Shown here: in pieces, positions 1 to 10,597 of the stretch | Position numbering within the stretch: the stretch's first letter is position 1 | Layout: each line of letters opens with the position of its first letter | NCBI GenBank assembly: GCA_032718475.1 | Contig: JAUCBJ010001930.1 | Span: forward strand, 64,062-128,061 | Reading direction: 5' to 3' | Length of the DNA: 64,000 nucleotides | Source of the DNA: Nemertoderma westbladi | Lineage: Eukaryota; Animalia; Xenacoelomorpha | Translations under genes and position numbers: made by a program | The notes under the pieces: generated by a model | The model's database searches: none | Told to the model about the DNA's origin: nothing | What the model saw: only the letters and a program-made list of their open reading frames with translations

Positions 1-526
1 TATGATGTGTTAACGGTACAGTGTTATCTGTTTGCTCTTTGTATGGTAAATTAAGTGGTGCGTCTTGAGATGGCGAATCATTATTGGTGGGAGGTTCGGA
101 ATCGGGAAGGTCATTCTCATCAATATTGTTGAGGTTTGAATTTCCTTTATTGATAATTGGTCTTTCAAAATCCTTGTGACAACGGAAAAATATTTCTCCC
201 TGTTTAATCATGTATTCACAGCCTTGACGAGAAACAACTACGCCAGGACCACACCATTTCTTGAAACGATTGCTGAAATAGTAGACTTGATCTCCACTAG
301 CACAGTGTATTATTGATGGTCGGATATTTTGTGCCAAAGCTCGCCGAACGCGTGAACTAGCCTCAACTGTGGCATATTCCTTACGAACTTTATTTAACAG
401 CTCGAGGTGTCCTTCAACAGACAATGCTGATTCACAAGCTTGATCCAACGCAGTAAGCTTATCGGTTAACATACTATTCAGATATGGACCTCTACCAAAC
501 ACAATATGGTGAGGTGAGTATCCAGT
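1..526 (-). pseudogene. Copia integrase C-terminal fragment
   Basis: Manual minus-strand translation gives TGYSPHHIVFGRGP...SSRVRRAL...GDQVYY...KWCGPGVV, which continues the AKNSWPNATG sequence that ends at 3287. Confidence 0.8.
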
Positions 527-3286
527 AAGCAACCGAGGGTGGACTCTCTATAGCCGAGGGGCACTTGTATTATAACTAATAATCACGAACCCCATCCTCT
601 TGTAATATACACCTAACTCTGCAGTAGTCAGTAGTAGTAGTAATAGTAGTTAGTAGTGGTAGTAAGTAGAATAAGAGTGAGAAAGAGAGAGAGAAAGAGA
701 GAGAGAGTGAGAAGAAGTAGAGTAGAATAAGATACGGATTCATAATTATTTTATCAAACTCATGTACTACTTACTTCAATGTGCCAATTGTAATAATAAT
801 TAAACATTACTCTGATTACGCTGGGTTTAGCCCCATAAGATATTATACTGACTTATTTTATATTAATATATCCATGCGAGTAAACAAGAAGTAAAGTAAA
901 TGTTTATTATTTTAGTTTTAGAAATTGAGTAATATACCCAAGATAGTGAAATAGATAATATACCAGAAATTGCCATTTTGATCAGATGTATCAAAGGGGC
1001 GTCTTTACTATAATACAATTCACTTTGTTATACAATGTAAATATACTAAATCTATTTATAAATATATTATGAGCCCTACATTGTATATTTCTCCTACAGG
1101 TAGACAATGTAGTATGTTAAAACTTGATATAATTTGGTATAATGTATAACATATTACAAATAAGACTGAGGCAGCTAAACTATATTGCAAAGAAATCAAA
1201 TATCCTAAAGTAATATACTAGACCCTCCCTCCACCCTATAAATAGTGTTCACCACCTACCCCACCCACCGCCCTTATTACTTCATTATAATGAAAGATAG
1301 TACTGGCGCTCCGGTCACTCCGTTCCCTCCGCTGGGGGGGTTAAGTAGTAGGTTCTGACACTATGCAAAATCCGAGCACAGAGTTAGAAGCGCATTGGAT
1401 AGGCGAACATTTCTTGCAGTGAAAGTATTTCCATATCTGTTATAGTTTTCGAGATAGTCAGACATGAGTAGCAAAAATTTGAATTTTTTTCGGTAAAGTC
1501 TGATTTCACCGGTACCTATCATCCGAAATATGGATTGTGATATATCGTTGGATGCGGGTCCACTAATTGTACATTCACATATTTTCAAGGAAAAAATTCG
1601 ATCAAGGGTTTACGAAATATTTTCGAATTACCGGAAGCAGACATTGGACGACCATATCTCCGGTACCGGTAGGCCTATTGAGTCGAAATTTTTTTTTAAT
1701 CTACTTAGAACACTCCAGTGAATGTTTTTTAGTTTGAAAATTTTGTCCCAAAATGCTCAGAAGTAATTTCGAAAAAACTGATCATTTCGCGATCATGATC
1801 TTTTGACCCCCTAGAATTGAACTTTTTTATGGTCAAATTTTGGCTACCCCCCCTAATTCGAGGGTGGGGAATCTTTTTGTAATGTTAAGTTTCTTCATAC
1901 GGTGAACTCACAGGACTTGGTCTTCGAAATAAAACCGAAAACATGATCTTTCATGATCATGGCCTGATCAAATCGCTTTTTAAAAATTTCGAAATGATTA
2001 AAAGTTGCCCCCTCTTAATAGAAGTCGATTAGTAAAAAAAAAATCGGGGGTCTCAAACAAAGTTTTCGAGAAAATCGGGAAAAACCGAAAAACACGATCT
2101 TTTATGATCAGGTATCAGATCTCGAGAACGGGTTGTCCGATCGAGCCAATTTTTTTTTTAATCAACTCAGAATAGACCATTGAACATTTCTTACAATGAA
2201 TGTTTATTAGAAAAATGCTTAGATTCGATTTTAAATATACTGATCTTTTCGCGATCATGATCTTGAGTTTTGACCCCCTAGACGTGAACTTTTTTATGCC
2301 CAAATTTTGGCTACCCCCCATAATTCGAGGGTGAGGAATCTTTTTGTAATGTTAAGTTTTTCCATACGGTGAACTCACAGGACTTGGTCTTCGAAATAAA
2401 ACCGAAAACACGATCTTTTCTGATCACGGCCTGATCAAATCGCTTTTTGAAAATTTCGAAATGCACAAACGTTACCCCTTCACCATAGGAGTCGATTCGT
2501 AAAAAAAAATCGGGGGTCTCAAACAAAGTTTTCGAGAAAATTCGAAAAAACCGAAAAATATGATCTTTAATGATCAGGTATCAGATCTCGAGAACCGGTT
2601 GTCCGATCGAGCCAATTTTTTTTTTAATCGACTCAGGGCGGTGTTCTGAACGTTTCCTACAGTAATTGTTTATATCCAAAATGCTTAGTTACGATTTTAC
2701 GAAGTCCGATCTTGGCGCGATCATGATCTTGCGTTTTGATCAGGAAGAATTCACTTTTTTTTAAATCTTTTAACGGGAATCATGACTAATGTGGGGTCGC
2801 TGATTCTTTTTGTAATGTTAAGTTTTTCGATTGGAGCAAGCCTTGAGTGTCCGAATCCTGATCAAAACTGATCTTTGCTGATCATGGTCAAGATCATGAT
2901 CTGATCGCTCCAAAAAAAGTTTTTTTGAATGTAAACCCTATGCTGCCTATCGATTGGCGCCGGTCCCAAGTCCGTAGCATTAGCGGTTCTGGAGATTCCT
3001 GCATAGCAACGCGTTTGCTAGGGAAGCGGACTTTTTGACTCAAATTGGTCCTAGGCGGAGAACCGTAGACTTTTTTAACACATTATGTATGGCGAAAAGT
3101 CTTCTGGATAGATTTTGGGGGGGGGTCTAGGAACATCCTATTGTTCGTTTTCGCTTAGTTGCTGAGATCCTCTCGTCCCACAAATTCCAGGATTCTATAA
3201 AGGCATTCTGCTGGACTAGTTCCGTGGCCGGAATAGTGTTCGGTGTTCTGCGAACAGAGAACCTAATCGGTTTAGGGCCCTGACCG
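527..3286. mobile_element. Non-coding insertion into the Copia integrase, unclassified (possibly Helentron-like or composite)
   Basis: Flanked by the direct repeat TCCAGT (521-526 and 3287-3292). Removing it restores the integrase reading NATG|YSPHH. It has no TIRs and contains microsatellites and a ~470-bp tandem repeat. Confidence 0.7.
1780..2830. repeat. ~470-bp tandem repeat, about 2.2 copies
   Basis: TTTGACCCCCTAGA...TTTTGGCTACCCCCC recurs at ~1802 and ~2270. GATCAGGTATCAGATCTCGAGAAC recurs at ~2106 and ~2573. Confidence 0.85.
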
Positions 3287-3620
3287 TCCAGTCGCATTGG
3301 GCCAGGAGTTCTTTGCTAGAGAAATCATCCGAAATAGTTTATAATTACTTGAATTTGGCTGCTCCAGTTTCACCTTTTTAAAAATTTATTTGACAATATA
3401 ATTATGGCGCTCGACAATGCCATTCGAAAAAGGACAGTAAGACACTGTTGACTTATTAGATATGTTGAGTTTTTCGCACATTTCATTGAACAGATGGCTA
3501 ACAAATTCCTTTCCATTATCGGTGAGAATTCCTTTCGGCTGACCAAATACAGACACCCACATGTCCAGAAAAACGTCGATGATCGTTGTAGTTCATTTGT
3601 CTTTCACAGGTGTGGCAATA
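3287..3620 (-). pseudogene. Copia integrase catalytic core (DDE), frameshifted and with stops
   Basis: Manual translation gives WVSVFGQPKGILTDNGKEF...CPFSNGIVERHN...LAKNS with in-frame stops. Confidence 0.85.
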
Positions 3621-5408
3621 CTATATCGACATAAACAAATCTATGATGTGAATTGCCCAGTTACCTGTCTCAGGAATTAAAAATAGGTCTGCAGCTAATA
3701 CTTCATTGAAAGAATTAGACAAAGGCAATGATACAATTGGCCTAAATGGTGGTCTACTAATTAGGCTGCATGGCTGACATTGATCGATAACAGCTTGAAT
3801 TTTTGACTTGGTGGTATCAAGGCCAGATTGAATAATTAACTTGTAGAGTGTCTCACATCCAGCATGACCAAATTGACGATGTAGTTTATCCAATTCTTTA
3901 TCACTCAAAGCTGATGCTGACACTGCCAAATAATTTGTAGAACTTCCACATCGTTGAGTGTAGAGTACGAGATGACCATTGCGGAAAAAAAGTTTGCATT
4001 CAACACCATTTATTTTGATGATCCTTTTGGCAATGTATATAACCGCGTCAGGGTTCTCAAGGGTGTTACTCGATAGAAGTAGCGGCAGCGTGCCTGATAT
4101 AATATCAATAATAATTTTGTACCGGCTATTTGCGATATAAATTGGCACAATTACAGAAAATAACGCTTGTTGCCATTCACCACCCCCAAATATAAACACG
4201 GTGTTTGAGTGTAACTGTTGTAGTTGTGAGATATCTAGTTTGCTAAAGGTCAAGAAACTGTTCAGCCATTCTTCTCCAGCTACAGTTTTAGTACATCCGG
4301 TATCAACAATGAGGTAAGGCACTGAAGGCTCAATAGGACTCCTCGGAATATTTGAAGACAGGTAGACATTGTTGTTATCGTGATTATCATCTTCGACAAT
4401 AGCATTACCATTATCACCATTATCCTGATTACCAGCTAAATCATGTATGTGCGGGCAGAAATTGATTGAACAATAAACAGAATCACAAAAGTTGCATCGA
4501 AACGCTTTATACTTATCAGGGCATGAATTGGCAAGGTGTAAAATAGAATTGCAAATATGGCAGCGAGGATTATTTTTGTGCGGACATTTATCAGCCCAGT
4601 GTTTTTGAGACAAACAAATTCGGCATGGATTAGATGAACTTGGACCTGAAGACAAAGTTTTATTACCAAAACTTTTATTACCATGACTAAATCGGTTGCA
4701 TGCTCTAAGTTGTGCTGAATATAGAGCCATACCAGAACCATCATCATCATGAATTGCAGACGCTTCATTGCGTTTACCGAAGAAACTAGGCTCGACCTTA
4801 ATTGCATCTTTATAACTATCTTCTTCACACAAGGTAGAACTTGAAAACTTAGAAAACATACGTAAGACATTACTACGTACATCCTCTGATTTCAGGGTAG
4901 AAGTTGCTAGAAGAAGGCGTCGTTCATACTCTGATATATTACAGCTATCAAACAATTGTGCGGCAACAACTGGATCGCTTAAAGTCATTTGATGCATTTT
5001 CATTTTATTTAGTACTCTGTCAAAATCGGCAACAAAGCTTTTCATCCTTTGTGACTCCTTTCTTTTTAGCTTTTTAAATTTCGTAAAGCATTCAAAAGCG
5101 GATTCTTCTTGTCCTTGCTTGAAAATATCATCAAGAATCTTCAATAATCTCTCTAAACCGTCATCCTTTTCTAGGTCATCTAAGTCAATGTCTAGAGCCC
5201 TTTCTTTAGCTTTGGCTTGCAATCGTCGGATAATTGCTAAAGCTCGTTTTCTTTTTCCTAGGTCAGTTATCCTATTCCATACATCAATTTCCTTTCTCCA
5301 TAATTCAAAATTTGTCGAATTTGGATCGAAAATGGGTGGATCTCGAATAGATGAGAACCGAGTATCTGGTCCAGCAGCAGCTAATTCGTCCATATCGCTA
5401 TCATTCAT
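3621..5408 (-). CDS. Copia gag-protease-integrase N-terminal polyprotein, truncated by a frameshift
   Basis: 595-aa ORF with CX2CX4HX4C knuckles (CRICLSQKHWADKC, CHICNSILHLANSC), protease IVDTGC, integrase zinc-binding LHRQFGH...CQPC, and the first catalytic D in AADLF. Confidence 0.88.
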   Translation of the reverse strand: MNDSDMDELAAAGPDTRFSSIRDPPIFDPNSTNFELWRKEIDVWNRITDLGKRKRALAIIRRLQAKAKERALDIDLDDLEKDDGLERLLKILDDIFKQGQEESAFECFTKFKKLKRKESQRMKSFVADFDRVLNKMKMHQMTLSDPVVAAQLFDSCNISEYERRLLLATSTLKSEDVRSNVLRMFSKFSSSTLCEEDSYKDAIKVEPSFFGKRNEASAIHDDDGSGMALYSAQLRACNRFSHGNKSFGNKTLSSGPSSSNPCRICLSQKHWADKCPHKNNPRCHICNSILHLANSCPDKYKAFRCNFCDSVYCSINFCPHIHDLAGNQDNGDNGNAIVEDDNHDNNNVYLSSNIPRSPIEPSVPYLIVDTGCTKTVAGEEWLNSFLTFSKLDISQLQQLHSNTVFIFGGGEWQQALFSVIVPIYIANSRYKIIIDIISGTLPLLLSSNTLENPDAVIYIAKRIIKINGVECKLFFRNGHLVLYTQRCGSSTNYLAVSASALSDKELDKLHRQFGHAGCETLYKLIIQSGLDTTKSKIQAVIDQCQPCSLISRPPFRPIVSLPLSNSFNEVLAADLFLIPETGNWAIHIIDLFMSI

Positions 5409-5660
5409 GATTTTTAGTAAGATGAAAGATGCAATTACTTAGATCTGGTATGTCTGTAGGCCTATATCTTACACGTTGTGGGCGTTCTGTACCGGGTACC
5501 GGTAAGTAAGGACTGACACGACAGATCCGAATTAGTTAGTTGGTAGTCTGGTGGTAGGCTACTGGTGACTGTCTGACGGACTACCGGCTGACCGGTAGTA
5601 AGTTGTTTGCTATGCTAGTCTCTGAATCTGAATGTACGCTGTAAATCTAGAAAGAGGCAA

Positions 5661-5676
5661 CCACGCTCTGCTACCA
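5661..5676 (-). promoter_or_regulatory. Primer-binding site (initiator tRNA-Met type)
   Basis: The minus strand reads ...AACA|TGGTAGCAGAGCGTGG directly after the LTR end. Confidence 0.85.
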
Positions 5677-6074
5677 TGTTAGTTGATTCAGAATAGATTC
5701 TTATAACAAAGAATAGGCTTGAATATAAAACTATATATTGAGCGATATTGATAAATCCCATTGTAATAACTATTGACGAATATATAATAAACAATTAATA
5801 GCCAAACACCAATGAACACAACTTTCGAAACCAAGGCGTCACGCACAAGTCAACGTTAGTTGGGCAAATGATAAAAGACTATAACTACCGATGCCCTAGT
5901 AGCATACCGTAGGTTTAACTATAAGTACAGCAGTATCGCTTACCGGTACTGAGTAACACGTAAACTCATAAGTCAAAAGATAATCTACCGGTACTCGCTG
6001 ATAAGCTAATTCAAAATTCCCTCTCACAGGAATCGCGTAATTTTTCTTGAAATTAATATCTCATATCTCTCCAA

Positions 6075-6120
6075 ACCACGTACGCGTTTCGACCTTGCTG
6101 GGTCTCATCAGCAGCGTGGT
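6075..6120 (-). ncRNA. Minimal type I hammerhead ribozyme
   Basis: The minus strand reads ACCACG-CUG-CUGAUGA-GACC-CAGCAA-GGUC-GAAA-CGCG-UA|CGUGGU. This gives an intact core, a 4-bp stem II, a palindromic ACGCGU stem III, a GUA cleavage triplet and ACCACG/CGUGGU stem I. Confidence 0.8.
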
Positions 6121-6183
6121 GTCGGATTCGAACCTGAGACCTCGAGGTGGAAGCCGAGACTACAACCGCTAGGCCACAGGTTC
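6116..6183 (-). promoter_or_regulatory. tRNA-derived Pol III internal promoter (A and B boxes), SINE-like head
   Basis: The minus strand has TGGCCTAGCGG (A box) and GGTTCGAATCC (B box) at tRNA-like spacing, with an anticodon-like loop CTTCCAC and no proper acceptor stem. Confidence 0.75.
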
Positions 6184-7275
6184 TTGAGATATGGAGTATT
6201 AATTTCAAAGCCAGCTGCCATTTCATTAGCCCCTGATTTTTTATTATTGATAGTAACAACGTGTTGGGAAGCTGTATTTATCGAGATATTGGTTATTATA
6301 CATTTATTATAGGAAGGGATCTAGGGGTATTAACCTCGAATGATAAGTTTATTTTACCGAAAATATATTATATTTTATTGGCGCAATTGTAGGACTAATC
6401 CCATCACATGCGTACTTTTTAACCGGGTAGTGTACAAATTTAGGAATCGCGTAATTTTTCTTGAAATTAATATCTCGTATCTCTCCAAACCACGTACGCG
6501 TTTCGACCTAACAGTTCAGTTAGATAGTTAAAAGTAAGTAACAGTAAAGGTAATAGGTAAAGTAATAAAGGTAAAGTAATAGTTAAAAACATACGTATTT
6601 TAAAATGTGAGTCAATAAATAAAGTACAATAGATAAGAAATATTCCATTAAAGGGGCATTGCTAATAATTATGAGACAGACTGGATGTCATATGGAATGA
6701 GATAAAATAGATGCGTATTAAATTTAAATTTAGATGAAATATATGCGTATTAATTTTAAATTTAGAGGAAATGCGTATTAAAAGGACCAGAGTGGATGTG
6801 AAGTGAAATAAAATATGTATTAATAAACGTCGTTATCTAAGGGTATAAATCATCTATCATCGAGATGAGAGTTATTGTCTCCACAGATCTTTAAGACATA
6901 GCTGCAACACATTGTCCAGCTACAACAATTATCAATTGAGTAATGTTTAAAATTAATGAAGTATCTCCAAAATATATCGATCCGACGAGATTTAAGCCCT
7001 AAATGGTTCGTGAAATTGATTCGCTTTAGTAGTATATTAGCAATGTGGTACTCGGTACCAAAAGTATTGTTCTGACTTGCATTTTTTCGGCCGCAAAACA
7101 TAATGTGGCAGAGCACCACATGCATAATGTTTATTTTATTTTGAAATAAATTAAATAGCCATTTCATGAAAGATATTTTATTAAGTGTTTGTATGTTATT
7201 GTGAAATAATTATAATTTTAATGAATAATTATTATCATATCAAACAAGTTGGCCTTTTCATTCGGTTACAGTCAT

Positions 7276-7368
7276 GGGCCGAAACGCCCGGGCCGAATCG
7301 TCCGGGCCGAAATGTCCGGGCCGAAACGTCCTGGACCGAAACGTCCTAGGCCGAAACGTCTGTATACC
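7276..7368. repeat. Short tandem GGCCGAAACGTCC-type subterminal repeats, probably one end of a DNA transposon
   Basis: About 6 copies of a ~15-bp motif ending in ...CGTCTGTATACC. No partner end was found. Confidence 0.5.
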
Positions 7369-8444
7369 AGGATTCCCTATAACACTTCGAATGGATCTGA
7401 GTCACCATCAGCAGTAAACACAAATGAGGTGGAACCATTTTACAGTGAACTGATAGCTGCAGTAATTTCCTCAGGAATACTATATTCTGCCAGTATGCTG
7501 AACATACGTGGTCGGGAGAGTGAGTTGAAGGCTAAGGTGGGGGGGGGGGGGGGGGGGGGGTGACGGTATACCCCCTTATGGAGCTTTTTCTAGATGGCTA
7601 TAATTTGTGTTCGCGGGTAGTTTTGTATATTTTATACCTTTAGGGTGATCAACATATAGCCAAAGATTGGGTTCAAATAAAAAATGTTAAAATTTGCCTC
7701 GCCCTCTAGCGGCCACCAGCGAAATTATTAATTTCACTAAAAACACTACAATTTTTTTCTCCCAATTTTGGGAGAAAATTTACGAAATGTGGTTTTTCTG
7801 AATCAGCATCATCGGCTCCACAAAACTTATCAGTTACATTTTTTTGGATCTTTATTTTTTTTTTAATATTATTAACTAATATTAATTATTATTTATTATA
7901 CAGCATATTAACAAATTTCAAGAAATGAATATGGCACAATTCAAAATTATAATTTTTGATTAAAAGCCGAAAACAAATGAAACAAAAAAAAATTTTGACA
8001 ATTGGTTAAGAATTGGCTGAGTAGTAGTATTTTAAATGTGAAAAATACAATTCAAAGATAAATGCATTTTAAGTTTAAGAACAATACATATCAAATTTTC
8101 CGGCTATTTTCATGTAAATGATATCTCCTTTTCTTTTCCCATTGGTTATCTATCTCCTACCCATTTTGTGATTTCCCAATGGATTTCATGAATCATGGTT
8201 CAAATAAACCCCAACCCACTTTTAAAAACCTGTTGAATTTTTAGACCGCGTGCCCAAAAACCCTGCGCGCAGCCCGTAAACAAATTTCATTTTGGTGTTT
8301 AGATTTGATGGCATACCATTTCGCCATTTCTTAATAAGTAGTCATGGTATAATGACACAACCTTCAACAAAATTTCAAAGTTATATAACCATATATTTTA
8401 CAAAACCATATATTTTTTGAATAAGCCTTTACACAGAACATTAA

Positions 8445-8925
8445 CCCTATCCATACCGGGGTACTTTAGACGCTCAAACTACCGGGGGGGGGGGGACTTT
8501 TGGGGACGTAAAGTTTGGAAGCATATAACTTTGTATGGTGTAATGATATTACTTTAAAGTAAAAAGTTTTAGATACAAAATTTATTCCTCTATCCAAATA
8601 TGCCACACACTAATGCTGAAATATAATATTTATATACTATAATTATGTTTAAATTGATTTTAAATTTATATTAAATTGATTGAATTTTAAATTTCCCGCC
8701 TAAAATAGTTCAGCAATAATATGACAGTTTCAGAGACAGGTCAGTTTACGAGTCATTTTCATGGTCATAAATAATAATATGAAAATTAATTTTTGTTTTA
8801 AGATAAAGAATAATAAATTTTAGGAAAAGTAACGGAATTTCACTTGCAATAAATGTGGTTTGGCTTTGAACCAAGCAATCAAATAAAGTGCGTCTCCAAA
8901 AGTCCCCCCCCCGGTATGGATAGGG
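8445..8925. mobile_element. piggyBac-type MITE
   Basis: TTAA|CCCTATCCATACCGGGG...CCCCGGTATGGATAGGG|TTAA, with TSDs at 8441-8444 and 8926-8929, plus a subterminal inverted motif GGGGACTTTTGG/CCAAAAGTCCCC. Confidence 0.92.
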
Positions 8926-9049
8926 TTAAGCTTTGCGCAGCACGTGAAACCTTCGCACAGTACGTGAAGGTTTCACGTACCACTTCCTCTTCACACAGCA
9001 CATTAATTTATCGTACAGCTCGGAAAGCCTTTTGATCATAATGAGATGC

Positions 9050-9460
9050 CCCTACACAAAACATGAAAGGGTTCATGCAGCACATGTGTACCAAGTTTGG
9101 TTATATTTGATCGAGGATTGATCGAGTTGTTAACGTATAAAAACACGGATCTACAGAACGACAGATCTACAGACACACCGATTGAGTTATTTGTAACCGT
9201 ACCGTATGCTAAGTTCGCTTACATTCGTGGCTTGCCCCACAGGTTGATTAATGGTACCACTATGCTAAGGCTCACTCACTTCGTGGCTCGCCCCACAGAC
9301 ACACCGATTGAGTTAGTGGTACCTGTATGCTAAGTTCGCTTTCTTTCGTCGCTCGCCCCACACGGATCTACAGAACGACAGCTCTACAGACACACCGATT
9401 GAGTTATATGTACCCGTACCGTATGCTAAGCTCGCCATCATTCGTGGCTCGCCCTACAAT
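9050..9460 (+). mobile_element. Helentron/DINE-like non-autonomous element with repeated 3' module
   Basis: ACCAAGTTTGGT palindrome, ACAG-rich tract, and ~4 copies of ATGCTAAG...TTCGT(G/C)GCT(C/T)GCCC. Confidence 0.45.
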
Positions 9461-10140
9461 AATACTGTCGATTGCACGTTGGTGTTTTTATCGCGGATTT
9501 AGTCGATCCAGGAATGAGTTTTTGCTATAATTGTGCTCCAGCTTTGAATTCAGTCTCGGTCTAGGAAATGAGTACCATTTTGGTACAGAATATGTAGAAA
9601 TTTTTTTGTCGTCTATTATAATGCACCATTGAATGATGTTTCCAAATCTGAAAACCGATATTTAATAGCTCTTTTAGTTTTCAAGTTATAACAATTTTCA
9701 ATTAGGGAACCCTATTGAAATTACTATTACTACTGTATGTATAATGAAAGGTCGACTATCTCCAAATATATTTTTTTTATGAAAGTGTCAACTTCAAAAC
9801 CCTACTACTTCTACAATTTTTGAGTAATTAGACTGACTATTTCTGTGGGTCTCTACATAGCCACCCTGCATTAAAGTATCAGACAACTTTTCGAAATTTT
9901 TTGTTAATAAAATTTAATACTATATATAACAAAAAGCCTTAGGGTTTTAAGAGCAACCAAGTTTTTTTTATTGTTAACTAGTATTAACTAATATGAAATA
10001 ACCGTGAAAAAAAAAATTCTGACCTGTCATGTAGAATAACATCTTAGGCACCTATATTCTAAATTTTAGCCAAAACCAAACAATTTTGAAACGCTGAGAG
10101 TGATAAATCGAAGAGTTGTCCGAGAATGCTGTTTCCCCCC

Positions 10141-10580
10141 TTAAATCAGTTTGGCCAAGTTCATGAACTTTACTTTGTGTAAGATCGATGGTAGGGTTTT
10201 TGCGATGGTAGTGACATGCCACTGCTACTATATCCACGTTATACCATCGAGTGGTCCAGCCGCTTTTTAGAAATGCTTCAGATGTTGCTCCTAATATTTG
10301 TATAATTATTGAGTGGGATTTCTTATGTCCATTTGTCAGATTGAAAGGAACGTTATTGATGGAGATGAAGGTATCAGTTGATCATTAATATTTAGGAACA
10401 TAGGTTCTTACGATTTAGTAAACATTCCCTCAATTGGTAACAATATCGTTTATTGTTATGGTTAGAAAAGTCCCCCACTGCAACCTGTTCCTTTCCCTCC
10501 TTAGGTAACAATATCGTTTATTGTTTTGGTTAGAAAAGTCCCCCAGTGCAACCTGTTCCTTTCCCTCCTTAGGTAACAAT
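10141..10580 (+). repeat. Direct repeat, copy 1 (copy 2 at 12742-13140)
   Basis: TTAAATCAGTTTGGCC...CATCGAGTGGTCCAGCCGCTTTTTAG...CCTGTTCCTTTCCCTCCTTAGGTAA is near-identical at both loci. Confidence 0.9.
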
Positions 10581-10597
10581 ATTGTTTGTTGTTTTGA

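Larger units (their letters stand above)
6028..6509 (-). mobile_element. Retrozyme/SINE-like unit (~414-bp period, 68-bp terminal redundancy)
   Basis: 6028-6095 is repeated at 6442-6509 (1 mismatch seen). The unit carries a tRNA-like head and a hammerhead core. Confidence 0.7.
1..6513 (-). mobile_element. Ty1/Copia LTR retrotransposon, GalEa-like, disrupted; its 3' part runs off the window start
   Basis: On the minus strand the order is LTR, PBS (TGGTAGCAGAGC), gag with CCHC knuckles, protease, then integrase directly after protease (Copia order). The integrase has stops and a frameshift and is split by an insertion at 527-3286. Confidence 0.85.
5677..6513 (-). repeat. Putative 5' LTR of the Copia element; distal boundary uncertain
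   Basis: The proximal end is fixed by the PBS. TGTTAG (5677-5682) and CTAACA (6508-6513) form 6-bp inverted termini. An alternative end is the CA at 6028. No second LTR is in the window to confirm. Confidence 0.5.

Noticed and set aside
6116-6183. Functional tRNA-Gly gene
   Set aside because: The acceptor stem does not pair and the 3' end runs into the hammerhead, so it is treated as a SINE-like head.
7562-8060. Tc1-like MITE remnant, with a similar region at ~16260-16750
   Set aside because: The texture suggests a decayed DNA element, but I could not define TIRs or TSDs.
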